A DNA stretch of 64,000 nucleotides, taken from an uncultured Alphaproteobacteria bacterium (GTDB lineage: Bacteria > Pseudomonadota > Alphaproteobacteria > Rhizobiales > Xanthobacteraceae). The position numbers were made by a program, and so were the translations under genes. The stretch is taken from assembly GCA_963821975.1 (NCBI GenBank), contig CAWGFV010000006.1, positions 38,392 to 102,391 on the forward strand, read 5' to 3'. Shown here one piece after another: positions 9,777-19,555 of the stretch (position 1 is the stretch's first letter; the number at the start of each line of letters is the position of its first letter). Under the pieces are notes generated by a model. That model worked only from the letters and a program-made list of their open reading frames with translations. It did not search any database and had not been told where the DNA came from.

Positions 9777-10601
9777 ATGGCCAGACGCAAGGAAGCGGCT
9801 CACACCGGTCACGGCTGGTTCGTGACTTTCGCCGACTTGATGGGGTTGCTGGTCAGCTTCTTCGTGATGCTGGTCGCGTTTTCCTCGCAAGACCAGGAGA
9901 AGCTGAAGATGGTCGCCGGCTCGATGCGCGACGCCTTCGGCGTGCAGGATGCCGCGCGCTTTTCCGGCATCATCGAGATATTGGGCTTGCCGACGCGGCC
10001 GAAGCTCAAGAATGCCGCCCAGATCGATCCGTCCGAGGCATCCTCGATGCCGGCCCCGGACGACAAACATCGCGAACGCACCGACAAACAGCTCTTCAAG
10101 AAAGATCAGCAGTTCACGATGGCGACGGCCTCGTTGCGCCAGGCCTTGCAGGACATGCCGGAGATCGCCGAAGCCTCCAAGCAGATCATGGTTGAGGAGA
10201 CTAAGCAGGGCCTCAACATCGAGATCGTCGACCAGGACGGCCGCTCGATGTTCGCGGACGGCGCCAAGGAACCCTATGAGCGCACCCGCAAGCTGATCCA
10301 GAAGATCGCGCCGGCGCTCAAGGCGATGCCGTATCGCATCTCCATCACCGGCCACACCGCGTCGAGCAAAGTCCCGGATAAGCCCGGCTACGGCGCCTGG
10401 GAACTCTCCGCCGACCGCGCCAACGCGGTGCGCGAAATTCTGGCCGCCGAAGGCGTGCCACCCGGGCACATTTTCATGGTGGCCGGCAAGGCCGACACCG
10501 ATCCGTTGTTCCCTGACAACCCGTATCTGTCGCCGAACCGGCGCGTCACCATTACCTTGATGCGGGAAGAGCCACCTATTCCAGCCGATTTGGCCCCCTG
10601 A
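9777..10601 (+). CDS. motB: MotB-like stator protein with OmpA-like peptidoglycan-binding domain
   Basis: N-terminal WFVTFADLMGLLVSFFVMLVAF (conserved Asp in the TM helix). C-terminal OmpA-like ISITGHTAS...LSADRANAV...NRRVTI. Confidence 0.75.
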   Translation: MARRKEAAHTGHGWFVTFADLMGLLVSFFVMLVAFSSQDQEKLKMVAGSMRDAFGVQDAARFSGIIEILGLPTRPKLKNAAQIDPSEASSMPAPDDKHRERTDKQLFKKDQQFTMATASLRQALQDMPEIAEASKQIMVEETKQGLNIEIVDQDGRSMFADGAKEPYERTRKLIQKIAPALKAMPYRISITGHTASSKVPDKPGYGAWELSADRANAVREILAAEGVPPGHIFMVAGKADTDPLFPDNPYLSPNRRVTITLMREEPPIPADLAP

Positions 10602-10727
10602 CGGCCCTTAAATCCTGGGCCGGCCTATAAGCCGGTGGCTCTGCGAATGACGCATGGCTCGCTTTCCAGGCTTAGCGCAAACGACTATGCAGACATGGGT
10701 TACGGCGTTATAAGCCGCGTCCCACAC

Positions 10728-10744
10728 TTTTTGCATTGCAAAAA
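10728..10744. promoter_or_regulatory. perfect 8-bp inverted repeat TTTTTGCA-T-TGCAAAAA upstream of kup
   Basis: Read directly from sequence. Lies 21 nt upstream of the kup ATG, in an otherwise GC-rich intergenic region. Confidence 0.3.
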
Positions 10745-10764
10745 TCGATCCAGGCCAACAGAGC

Positions 10765-12693
10765 ATGTCATCCAGCAAGGCCGCCCCCGGTGGCTCGGTC
10801 GCAGCCCATGATGGCGGCGAAGCGCCAGCCAGGGCCGGCTTCTGGGCTCTGACGATTGGCTGCATCGGCGTCGTCTATGGCGACATCGGCACCAGCCCGC
10901 TCTACGCTTTGCGCGAGTCGGTGCTGGCGGCGGTAGGTCCCGGCCACGCGGTGAGCGAGCCGGTGGTGCTCGGCATCCTGTCTTTGATCATCTGGGCGCT
11001 TTTTCTGGTGGTCACGGCCAAATACGTGCTGATCCTGCTGCGGGCCGACAACCACGGCGAGGGCGGCACGCTGGCGTTGATGGCGCTTGCCTCGCGCGCG
11101 CTGGGCGGCAGCCGCGGCGGCGCGATCGTCATCCTGCTCGGCATTATCAGCGGCGCGCTGTTCTACGGCGACGCCATCATCACGCCCGCGCTTTCGGTGC
11201 TCTCGGCGATCGAAGGCTTGAAAGTCGTGACCCCTGCGTTCGACGATTTCGTGGTGCCTCTCACCGTGGTGATTCTGATCGCGCTGTTTGCAGTACAGTC
11301 GCGCGGCACAGCGAAGGTCGCCACATTTTTCGGCCCGATCACGTTGATCTGGTTTGCCGCCATCTCCGTCGGCGGCCTTTGGCATATCGGGCAAAATTTC
11401 GAGGTCTTATATTCGTTCAATCCCTATTACGGCGTCCACTTCCTCCTGCACCACGGCATAATCGCCTTCTATACGCTCGGCGCCGTGTTTCTGGTGGTCA
11501 CCGGCGCGGAAGCGCTCTACGCCGATCTCGGTCATTTCGGCCGTGGGCCGATCCGCTTTGCCTGGCTCGTCATCGTGCTGCCGTCGCTGTTGATTAACTA
11601 TCTCGGACAGGGCGCATTGGTGCTGTCCAACCCGAAGGCGATCGTAAATCCTTTCTTCCTGCTCTTCCCGCAATGGGCGCTGCTGCCGATGGTGGTTTTG
11701 GCGACCGCCGCCACCGTGATTGCGAGCCAGGCGGTGATCACGGGCGCCTATTCGTTGACGCAGCAGGCGATCCAGCTCGGCCTGCTGCCTCGCCTGGAAA
11801 TCCGCCACACGTCGGAATCGCTGTTCGGTCAGATCTACATGCCGCGCGTGAACGCGCTGTTGCTGACCGGCGTCCTGCTGCTGGTCGCCTTGTTCCGCTC
11901 GTCCGGCGCACTCGCTTCGGCCTACGGCATCGCCGTGACCGGCACCATGGTGGTCACCGGCATGATGGCGGTTATTGTGATCCGTCGCGTGTGGGGCTGG
12001 CCGCTGATCGGCGCGCTGAGCTTGATGGTGCCGTTCCTGTTCATCGACTTGACCTTCCTGTCCGCAAACCTGCTCAAGGTGGTGGAGGGCGGCTGGATGC
12101 CGCTCGCGCTCGGCGCTGTGGTGATGATTGTCATGTACACGTGGCGGCGCGGCAGCCGGTTGCTGTTTGAAAAGACGAGACGGCAAGAAATCCCGCTGGA
12201 AGGCCTGGTGGCCAGCCTGGAAAAGAAGCCGCCGACGCGCGTTCCCGGCACCGCGGTCTTCTTCACCAGCGATCCGCAGAGCGCGCCGACCGCGCTGCTG
12301 CATAGTCTCAAACACTACAAGGTGTTGCACGAGAAGAACGTCATCCTCACCATCGAGACGGCGGACACGCCGCGCATCGATCCCGCGGATCGTGTACGGA
12401 TCGAGCCGGTGGGCGAGACCTTCTCGCGGGTAAACCTGCGCTTCGGCTTCATGGAGACGCCGAACGTGCCGAAGGCGCTGGCGATCGCGCGGAAACTCGG
12501 CTGGCAGTTTGACATCATGTCGACGTCGTTCTTTCTGTCGCGCCGCTCGCTCAAGCCGGCTGCCCATTCCGGCATGCCGCGCTGGCAGGACCGGTTGTTC
12601 ATCGGGCTCACCCGCGCCGCCAACGATGCTACCGACTATTTCCAGATTCCGACCGGCCGGGTGGTGGAGGTCGGTACCCAGGTGACCGTCTGA
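10765..12693 (+). CDS. kup: KUP/HAK/KT potassium uptake protein
   Basis: 642 aa with [26 protein letters not shown] and a 12-TM core plus cytoplasmic C-terminal domain. Confidence 0.9.
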   Translation: MSSSKAAPGGSVAAHDGGEAPARAGFWALTIGCIGVVYGDIGTSPLYALRESVLAAVGPGHAVSEPVVLGILSLIIWALFLVVTAKYVLILLRADNHGEGGTLALMALASRALGGSRGGAIVILLGIISGALFYGDAIITPALSVLSAIEGLKVVTPAFDDFVVPLTVVILIALFAVQSRGTAKVATFFGPITLIWFAAISVGGLWHIGQNFEVLYSFNPYYGVHFLLHHGIIAFYTLGAVFLVVTGAEALYADLGHFGRGPIRFAWLVIVLPSLLINYLGQGALVLSNPKAIVNPFFLLFPQWALLPMVVLATAATVIASQAVITGAYSLTQQAIQLGLLPRLEIRHTSESLFGQIYMPRVNALLLTGVLLLVALFRSSGALASAYGIAVTGTMVVTGMMAVIVIRRVWGWPLIGALSLMVPFLFIDLTFLSANLLKVVEGGWMPLALGAVVMIVMYTWRRGSRLLFEKTRRQEIPLEGLVASLEKKPPTRVPGTAVFFTSDPQSAPTALLHSLKHYKVLHEKNVILTIETADTPRIDPADRVRIEPVGETFSRVNLRFGFMETPNVPKALAIARKLGWQFDIMSTSFFLSRRSLKPAAHSGMPRWQDRLFIGLTRAANDATDYFQIPTGRVVEVGTQVTV

Positions 12694-12738
12694 CAAATTC
12701 CGGCTAAAAAGCGCGGCTCAGGGACCTGGAGTTGTGTC

Positions 12739-13081
12739 ATGGCCGATGAGATGGCGCGCGCCAACGAGGTGGAGAATCTGACGCCGGAGCAGGTGGCGGC
12801 AGGAACTCAAGGCCGGCCGCATGCTGCTGATTGACGTGCGCGAGCTGAATGAGACGGCGGCGGAAAGCTATCCGAATGCCGCGATCGTGCCGCTATCCGC
12901 CTTCGATCCGGCCACCATTCCCGACCCTCAAGGCAAGCAGGTGGTGTTTGCCTGCCGTTCCGGCCGCCGCTCGGTGACCGCCTCGCTTGCCGCTCAGGAC
13001 GGGGGCTTTCCCTATAAGTCGCACCTTGCCGGCGGCATCATCGCCTGGAAGGCGGCTGGGCTTCCAACCCGCGTCGGCTGA
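12739..13081 (+). pseudogene. rhodanese-domain sulfurtransferase, split by an apparent 1-nt frameshift
   Basis: Frame 1 ATG 12739 gives MADEMARANEVENLTPEQVAA and stops at about 12831. Frame 2 continues QELKAGRMLLIDVRE...FACRSGRRS (active-site loop) to 13081. The frames switch near 12797-12803. Confidence 0.55.
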
Positions 13082-13094
13082 TGTCCAAAACCCC

Positions 13095-13667
13095 ATGCGC
13101 AAGTTCTTTATTTTAACGCTGCTCGCGATCGGCCTGTTACCCGCTTCAGGCGCGCGGGCGGACGACAGTGCCGTGTGGGCTTTGCTCAAGAAACCCGGCC
13201 ATATCGTATTGCTGCGGCATTCCAATGCGCCGGGCTCGATGCCGGAGCCCTACGGCATCGATCTCAAGAATTGCGCGATCCAGCGTAGTCTTGACGACGC
13301 CGGCCGCGCGCAAGCCCGCCGCATCGGCAATGAATTCCGCAAGCACGGCATCACGCGCGTGCGCCTGGTCTCCAGTCAATTCTGTCGCGCGCTGGAAACC
13401 GCCAGGCTGACCGGTCTTGGCCCCGTCGCGGAATTGCCGGCGCTCAATCAAGTCTTCCTCACCGACGCTGGCGGCATGCGGGAGACCGCTGAAAAGGCCG
13501 CCAAGTTCATGAAGACCGTTCCGGCGAAGCAGCTCACAATGCTAGTCTCGCATGTCACCAATATCCAAGCGATCGCCGGCGCGAATCTGTCGTCTGGAGA
13601 GATGGCGGTCGTTCATATCGACGCATCCGGCGCCGTCGCGGTCGATGGCCGCATCCTGGTTCCCTGA
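13095..13667 (+). CDS. secreted histidine phosphatase (SixA/PGAM-like) family protein
   Basis: Signal peptide MRKFFILTLLAIGLLPASGARA, then the LLRHSNAPG (RHG-type) motif and a later H in SHVTN. Confidence 0.7.
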   Translation: MRKFFILTLLAIGLLPASGARADDSAVWALLKKPGHIVLLRHSNAPGSMPEPYGIDLKNCAIQRSLDDAGRAQARRIGNEFRKHGITRVRLVSSQFCRALETARLTGLGPVAELPALNQVFLTDAGGMRETAEKAAKFMKTVPAKQLTMLVSHVTNIQAIAGANLSSGEMAVVHIDASGAVAVDGRILVP

Positions 13668-14633
13668 TCAGGGCAGCGCTTCGGCGGGTTTGCGGTCTTC
13701 CGGCCGCCAGCGGCGGTGCAGCCAGAGCCACTGTTCAGGATGTTCACGGATCCAGCCTTCGACCACGCCGGTGATGATCTGCATGGTGCCGGCGATGTCG
13801 ATCTTGCCGTCCGCATCGCGCGCCGGTTTGATCTCGTCGGTCAATTCGCCGCGAAAGCGGTGACCGGGCAGGCGGACAATGCGCGCGCCGTGGATCGGGC
13901 ATTCGAAATGTCGGGCCAGCCGCGCCAGCAGCGGATTGGCCATGGTGCGCTGGCCGAAAAAGGCCACCTCGACGCCGCGCACGTAATACTGGTCGACCAG
14001 CATGCCGACATGGGCGCCGCGCCCGAGCGCGTCGGCGAGCTTCATCGGTGCGAAGAGCCCGGCTGAAATCAATTCGCCCATGACGGCGCCGCGCGTCTTG
14101 GTAATCCATTCATCGATGCGCCCGATATTGGGCCGCCGATAGAGCACGGCGCTGTCGAGCTTGTAGGTTGGCGCGGATATCGCCGGCAGTTCCCAATTGG
14201 CGAGGTGGGCGGCGAAGATCAATGCCGGTTTACCGTCCTCCGCCAGGGTGCGGAAGCGCTCGACATCTTTCGGATCGACCTGGATGCGTCCGCGTTCGGG
14301 ATGCTCGACGTTGAAATCCCACAACCGGTCCAGGTTGGCGAACTCCGCGCCGACGCGGCCGAGATTGTTCCAGACGCCGCTTAGGATCGCTTCTATTTCT
14401 TCGGGTGTTTTTTCGGGGAACGCGGCCGTGAGATTGGCGCGGCCGATCTTGTTTTCCGGCAGCAGCGGCCCGAGTTTGCGCATCACCGCACCGGCGGCGT
14501 TCGCCATGTGGTCGGGATCGACCATACGCAATGATTTGATCAGCCCGATCGCCAGCGTGCCGATTACGGCGTCGCCGATGCGCTTTGCCGCGCGGCGCGT
14601 GCGCCGGATCGTTCGCCTGAGTGGACTAGGCAT
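13668..14633 (-). CDS. lpxXL: lipid A very-long-chain acyltransferase (LpxL/HtrB family)
   Basis: Lauroyl/myristoyl acyltransferase family with HLANWE (Hx4E). Last gene of the acpXL cluster. Confidence 0.8.
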   Translation of the reverse strand: MPSPLRRTIRRTRRAAKRIGDAVIGTLAIGLIKSLRMVDPDHMANAAGAVMRKLGPLLPENKIGRANLTAAFPEKTPEEIEAILSGVWNNLGRVGAEFANLDRLWDFNVEHPERGRIQVDPKDVERFRTLAEDGKPALIFAAHLANWELPAISAPTYKLDSAVLYRRPNIGRIDEWITKTRGAVMGELISAGLFAPMKLADALGRGAHVGMLVDQYYVRGVEVAFFGQRTMANPLLARLARHFECPIHGARIVRLPGHRFRGELTDEIKPARDADGKIDIAGTMQIITGVVEGWIREHPEQWLWLHRRWRPEDRKPAEALP

Positions 14634-15655
14634 CAGAAATGCACGATCACCTTGCCGAACACCTGCCGGCTTTCAATCCGCGCCAGGCCCTGTTCGACAT
14701 CGGCGAGCGCGACCTCGGTATCGATGATCGGCGTCATGCCCGTGGCCATCTTGGACAGGCTGTCGCGGATATTGCGCAGGGAGGCGCCGAACGAACCGAA
14801 AATCTTATACTGCTGCTGGAACAGCTGCATCAAATTGATGGTGACGGTCGGGCCGGCGGTCGAGCCGCAGGTCACCAGCCGGCCGCCGCGCTTGAGGCAG
14901 AGCAGGGAGGCGTTGAAGGCCTCGCCGCCGACATGCTCGAACACGACGTCGACGCCTTTTTTGGCGGTGAGTTTGCGGGTGACGCCCTCGAAGCGGTCGG
15001 TCTTGTAGTTGATGACATGATCGGCGCCGAGCGCCTTGGCCTTTTCCGCCTTGGCATCGTCGCCGACCGTGGTGATGACGGTGCAGCCGATCGCCTTGGC
15101 CATCTTGATGGCGACCGAGCCGATGCCGGAGCCGCCGGCATGCACCAAAATGGTCTCGCCCGGTTTGAGCTTGGCGTTGTCGAACAGCATGTGCTCAACG
15201 GTGCCGAAGGCAATCGGCGCGCAGGCCGCATTGCGCAGCGATACGCCGGCCGGCACCGGGATCACCAGCCGCGCCGGAAGATTGATCAGCTCGCGCGCGA
15301 AACCGTCGATGTGAAAGCCCATGATGCCGCCGACGTTCTCGCACAGATTGTCGCGGCCCTCGCGGCAGGCGGCGCATTGGCCGCACGTCATGGCGCCGTA
15401 CATCACCACTTTGTCGCCCGGCTTGAAGCCGGCAACGCCCCGGCCCGCCGCGGCAATCTCGCCGGAGGCTTCCGCGCCGACCACCAAAGGCAATTTCCGC
15501 TTGGCGAAGGCCATGCCGCGGAAGCCCCAGAGGTCGAGATGATTGAGCGCGACCGCGGCAATGCGGATTTGCACCTCGCCGTCGCCGGGCGGCGGAGGAG
15601 GGGGTACGTCGGCAAGTTCGAGCTTGCGATCGGCGATGAGTCTTAAGGCGTGCAT
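14633..15655 (-). CDS. adhA2XL: zinc-binding alcohol dehydrogenase family protein of the acpXL cluster
   Basis: MDR superfamily: GAEASGEI, CGQCAACREGRDNLC and GGSGIGS. Position between fabF1XL and lpxXL. Confidence 0.8.
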   Translation of the reverse strand: MHALRLIADRKLELADVPPPPPPGDGEVQIRIAAVALNHLDLWGFRGMAFAKRKLPLVVGAEASGEIAAAGRGVAGFKPGDKVVMYGAMTCGQCAACREGRDNLCENVGGIMGFHIDGFARELINLPARLVIPVPAGVSLRNAACAPIAFGTVEHMLFDNAKLKPGETILVHAGGSGIGSVAIKMAKAIGCTVITTVGDDAKAEKAKALGADHVINYKTDRFEGVTRKLTAKKGVDVVFEHVGGEAFNASLLCLKRGGRLVTCGSTAGPTVTINLMQLFQQQYKIFGSFGASLRNIRDSLSKMATGMTPIIDTEVALADVEQGLARIESRQVFGKVIVHF

Positions 15656-15676
15656 GGCGGGGTTGGGCGGGCGCTA

Positions 15677-16945
15677 TCAGGCCGGCTCGAGGCCCATCAC
15701 CAGCGAGACATTCTGCCCGCCGAAACCGAATGAATTGGAAATGGCGTGCCTGACGCGCGCGTCGCGCGCCTTGTTCGGCACCACGTCGAGCGGGATCGCC
15801 GGATCCGGCATCTTGTAATTGATAGTCGGCGGGATGCGCTGGTGTTCCAGCGTGAGCAACGAGAACACCGCTTCGACCGCGCCGGCCGCCGATAGCGTGT
15901 GGCCGATCATGGATTTGTTGGAGGAGATCGGCAGGTTCTTGATGCGCTCGCCGAACACGGCGGCGCAGCCGAGATATTCCATCTTGTCGTTTTCCGGCGT
16001 CGAGGTGCCGTGCGCGTTGACGTAGTCGATGTCGTCCGGCGTCAGGCCGGCATCCTTGATGGCGTTGGCGATGCAGCCGATGATCGGTTTGCCGTCCGGG
16101 CTCGACCGCGTGCGGTGGAAGGCGTCGGTCATTTCACCGCAGCCCTCCAGCACGCCGAGGATCGTGGCGCGGCGCGCTTTGGCCGACTCGTAGCTCTCGA
16201 GCACCAGGGCTCCTGCGCCTTCCGCCATCACGAAGCCGTCGCGGTTCTTCGAGAACGGCCTCACTGCCGCCTGCGGCACGTCGTTGCTGGTGGATAGCGC
16301 CGAGAGTAGCGAAAAACGGATCAGCGCTTCCGCGCTGATCGAGCCGTCGGTGCCCACGCACAGCGCGGCATCGGTCTCGCCGCGCCGGATCGCCTCGACG
16401 CCGAGCTGGATGGCGGTTGCGCCCGACGCGCAAGCGGTGGATAGCGAGATCGGCGAACCTTTGCTGCCGAATTTGTCGGCCAGATAGTCGGCGACCGAAC
16501 CGATCATGAAACGATCGTGATAAGCGGCGAAACTCGGGCTCACCCGCAGCAAGTCGCTGTAGGTCACCTTGTCATTGGCGCCGGCTTTCGCCGCGATTTC
16601 GATCCGCTGCGTCCACTCGACCTCGATCGGCGGCACCGCGATGAACAGCGGCCCCGGAAAATTGCCCGTGGCGCCGATGCCGGCTTCGGCGATCGCCTCT
16701 TCGGCGGCGAGCTCGGCAAAGCGTTCGGTCAGCGCCGCCGTCGAACTCTGCGGCGGCAGGAAATCGACGGTGCCGGCGATGCGGGTGCGCAAGCCGTCGG
16801 TCGGGAAACGGGTGATGGCGCGGATGCCGGATTCGCCGGCGGTGAGCTTGGCCCAATTGTCGGTCTTGCCCGCGCCGAGCGAGGTGATCACGCCGCGCCC
16901 AGTGACCACGACGGTCGGCCGGCCCTGTCTGTCCTTCGACGGCAT
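15677..16945 (-). CDS. fabF1XL: beta-ketoacyl-ACP synthase II (catalytic subunit)
   Basis: Cys-His-His triad context present: LSTACASGATAI, NAHGTSTPEND and MIGHTLSAAG. Confidence 0.85.
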   Translation of the reverse strand: MPSKDRQGRPTVVVTGRGVITSLGAGKTDNWAKLTAGESGIRAITRFPTDGLRTRIAGTVDFLPPQSSTAALTERFAELAAEEAIAEAGIGATGNFPGPLFIAVPPIEVEWTQRIEIAAKAGANDKVTYSDLLRVSPSFAAYHDRFMIGSVADYLADKFGSKGSPISLSTACASGATAIQLGVEAIRRGETDAALCVGTDGSISAEALIRFSLLSALSTSNDVPQAAVRPFSKNRDGFVMAEGAGALVLESYESAKARRATILGVLEGCGEMTDAFHRTRSSPDGKPIIGCIANAIKDAGLTPDDIDYVNAHGTSTPENDKMEYLGCAAVFGERIKNLPISSNKSMIGHTLSAAGAVEAVFSLLTLEHQRIPPTINYKMPDPAIPLDVVPNKARDARVRHAISNSFGFGGQNVSLVMGLEPA

Positions 16946-16958
16946 ATGTCGCCCTCCC

Positions 16959-18149
16959 TCAGCCGGCCCGTTCGACCAAGGCGAGGCCTTCGCCCCGCCA
17001 ATGTCCGACCCCGGTCACCACGACCTGCTGCAAATCGCCGCTCATAGGCTTCTCCAGCCCGGTCGCGTCGCAGGGCGGAAACAGACTACCATGATCGAGG
17101 GCAATGGCCGCCAGCGCTACGTTCATGACGAATTGCGGCTCGGCCGCGTGTCCGAGATAGGTGCCGGTGGCGCGCACGGCAAGGTCCGGATGCGCCGCCA
17201 GAAAAACCCGTTCTTCGGCGGTCGCGGCGGCAGCCCCGCTGGCGCCAGAGAGCGCCGCGGCGTGGCCGGGTTTGATCCGGTCCTTGATCTTGTCCCAAAA
17301 CTTCGCGAGCGCCTTGGTGACATCGGCCGGCGCGCGTTTGGAACGGTCGGAATAGACCACCGACAGCCGCGCCAAGGGCCTGGCGTCGCGCGCTTCGGCA
17401 TGGCCGCGCTCTTCGATCACCAGAAAGGCGCCGAGCGAGCCGAGAGCGACGCCGCCTTTGTCGCGCTCCCATATCGGCGCAAAGCGATCCTTCAGCGCGG
17501 AACCGGAAAACTCGTAAAGCATCAGCAGATCAGGCCGCTCTCCATTGTACGAGCCGCCGACCAGCGCGATGTCGCTTTGCCCCGCGGCGATGCGCGCGAG
17601 CGCAACGCGAACGGCGTCGACGCCGGACGATTCCTCGCCCATGAACGTGCGCGAGGAGCCGGTCACGCCGTGCACGATGGAAATATTGCCGGCGAGAAGA
17701 TTGGACAGCTGCGCCAGGAACAAAGTCGGCCGCAGGTCACTCATCAGCCGCTCGTTGAGAAAGGCGGCCGGATTTGTCGCACTCGGCAGGCCGGAAAGGA
17801 TCGTGCTGTCGACGGCAAGATCGCGTTCGCCGCCGCCGGCGGCGACTATCATGTCCATGTGCGACAGGATCTCGGGCTTGCCCTTGACGCCTGCCGAGTT
17901 GAGCGCGAGCCCGGCCGCATAGGTGCCGATCCGCTGCCAGGCTTCCATCTGCCGCTGATCGCCCTTTTTCGGGATCTGGGCGTCGAAATTAACCGGCGCC
18001 AGCGGATGCACGGCGAAGGGCGCGAATGTTGTCGTGTCCGCGCTTGGCTGCGCCTGCATCAGCTTTTGCCAGTGCGCCAGTGCGCCTTCGCCGAGGCAGG
18101 AGAGAATGCCGATACCGGTGATCCAGGCTTCGCGCGCCGCCTCAGCCAT
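16959..18149 (-). CDS. fabF2XL: beta-ketoacyl-ACP synthase-like protein lacking the active-site Cys context
   Basis: KS fold (WITGIGILSCLG, LAGNISIVHGVTGSS), but the position aligning to ACASG reads GEESSG and no HGT motif is seen. Confidence 0.8.
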   Translation of the reverse strand: MAEAAREAWITGIGILSCLGEGALAHWQKLMQAQPSADTTTFAPFAVHPLAPVNFDAQIPKKGDQRQMEAWQRIGTYAAGLALNSAGVKGKPEILSHMDMIVAAGGGERDLAVDSTILSGLPSATNPAAFLNERLMSDLRPTLFLAQLSNLLAGNISIVHGVTGSSRTFMGEESSGVDAVRVALARIAAGQSDIALVGGSYNGERPDLLMLYEFSGSALKDRFAPIWERDKGGVALGSLGAFLVIEERGHAEARDARPLARLSVVYSDRSKRAPADVTKALAKFWDKIKDRIKPGHAAALSGASGAAAATAEERVFLAAHPDLAVRATGTYLGHAAEPQFVMNVALAAIALDHGSLFPPCDATGLEKPMSGDLQQVVVTGVGHWRGEGLALVERAG

Positions 18150-18618
18150 CGGCCCGCGCCTCGTCAGTCAACAAGCCGACCGCCTCGGCGCGCTTGCGCA
18201 TTTCGGCCGCAAATTCGGGACTGGGAAACGGCACCAGGCGGAAGGTGAGGGTGGCGTTGCTGACAAGTCTGCCGTCGCAGGAAATGCTGGCTTCAGTCAT
18301 CGCAAAGCCCGAGCCGTCATGCGTGACTTTCGCTTCGACCGTCAGCCGCTGGCCCGGCCGCACGAAGGTGCGGAGTTTGGCCTCCCTGACCGAGGCCAGA
18401 AACGGCATGCGCTCAAATTTGTTGATCGCGACCAGCAGCCAGCCCGAGGTCTGCGCCATGGTTTCGATCAGCAGGACGCCCGGCATCAGCGGAAAGCCGG
18501 GGAAGTGTCCCTCGAAGACTGTGCTCTCGGTCGGCACCGTGGCCTCGCAGTTGATCGTGCGAGCGGCGAGATCGAGATTGAGGACCCGGTCGACCAGCAG
18601 AAAATACTCAAGGCGCAT
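18142..18618 (-). CDS. fabZXL: 3-hydroxyacyl-ACP dehydratase (FabZ/FabA-like hot-dog fold)
   Basis: FEGHFPGFPLMPGVLLIETMAQ motif. Start ATG at 18618 (MRLEYFLLVDRV). Confidence 0.8.
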   Translation of the reverse strand: MRLEYFLLVDRVLNLDLAARTINCEATVPTESTVFEGHFPGFPLMPGVLLIETMAQTSGWLLVAINKFERMPFLASVREAKLRTFVRPGQRLTVEAKVTHDGSGFAMTEASISCDGRLVSNATLTFRLVPFPSPEFAAEMRKRAEAVGLLTDEARADG

Positions 18619-18631
18619 CGGCGTCGCCGGC

Positions 18632-18913
18632 TCAAGCGCTCTTGGCAGCGACGAGCTCGTCGATGCGGGCGGCGAGGTTCTTGAGCACGAAATACTGGTC
18701 GGTGGTGGCCTTGCCGTCGTTGACTTCTTGCGTCCATTGCTCGAGCGGCATCTTGATCCCGAACGCTTTGTCGATGGCAAATGCGATGTCGAGGAAATCC
18801 AGGCTGTCGATGCCGAGATCGTTGATGGCGTGGCTCTCGGGCGTAATGGTGTCGCGCGGGATATCGCAGGTCTCGGCGATAATATTGGCGATGGTGTCAA
18901 ACGTCGAAGACAT
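18632..18913 (-). CDS. acpXL: specialised acyl carrier protein AcpXL
   Basis: 93 aa with the phosphopantetheine site [13 protein letters not shown]. Heads the VLCFA cluster. Confidence 0.85.
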   Translation of the reverse strand: MSSTFDTIANIIAETCDIPRDTITPESHAINDLGIDSLDFLDIAFAIDKAFGIKMPLEQWTQEVNDGKATTDQYFVLKNLAARIDELVAAKSA

Positions 18914-19131
18914 CGGTAACTCTCTGATTAATTTGGAGTTCTGGCGATCGAACGGCCGCGATGTCCGGTCCCCCGCGCTAGTCCCCGGCACGGCCATTCA
19001 CCGGCTTTCGGTAGGCTGCCCGTATAGCGAAGCGCCGCCTCAAGTTCAATGGCGGCCGGTATTTGTTGGGAAAAGAGGCAAACGGCCCCAGGTGCCTGTG
19101 CCGTGCGGCGGATCGGCCCCCCGCGCCCGCC

Positions 19132-19449
19132 TCACCAGCGGCGTGTGGGCACCTCGACCGGCACGCAACCGCGCCGCCCGGATAGAACGCAATCCTCGTT
19201 CTTGCGCAGCTCGGCCATGGTTTCGGCGAGCCACAGCCCGGCCCCGATCAAGGCGAGCACGAACACGAAGGCGGCAATATTGACGGTCATGCGGTGGCGA
19301 TAGTCGTCGGTGCCTTCGCCGCGTTCGAATTTGGCAAGATCGTCGACCGGCGACGGGGCGCTCGTCCGCCAGTGGGCGGCCGCCCTCCCGCGCGGGAAGC
19401 GCACCACGCGCAAGTCGCGGTCGGAGGACGATGATCGATCCCCGGTCAT
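19132..19449 (-). CDS. hypothetical single-pass membrane protein
   Basis: ORF with one TM helix (VNIAAFVFVLALIGAGLWLA). Start chosen at internal ATG. No family recognised. Confidence 0.35.
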   Translation of the reverse strand: MTGDRSSSSDRDLRVVRFPRGRAAAHWRTSAPSPVDDLAKFERGEGTDDYRHRMTVNIAAFVFVLALIGAGLWLAETMAELRKNEDCVLSGRRGCVPVEVPTRRW

Positions 19450-19555
19450 AATGCCCCAGTCTATCACGGCGGGCGTCGCTGTTCGACCGGGCCGGCACGC
19501 CGTGGAAATCTTCCTTAAGTGGACGCAAATAGGCCGCCCGCGTAGACTTGGCGCG

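Noticed and set aside
8967-10469. Very long ORFs antisense to or overlapping annotated genes. Examples: 8967-10469(-), 627-1586(-), 2269-2985(-), 7109-8032(+), 11407-12696(-), 14639-15646(+), 16569-18248(+), 24560-25999(+) and 36415-37755(+).
   Set aside because: Their products are Arg/Ala/Gly/Pro-rich with no recognisable motifs. Each lies opposite a gene with strong family signatures. This is the typical shadow-ORF artefact of high-GC DNA.
8949-10601. Orphan motA/motB-like pair considered as a Zorya-type defence core.
   Set aside because: Both proteins have normal stator sizes and domain layouts. There are no ZorC/ZorD-like partners. The flanking genes are housekeeping (mmsA, kup) in the core region.
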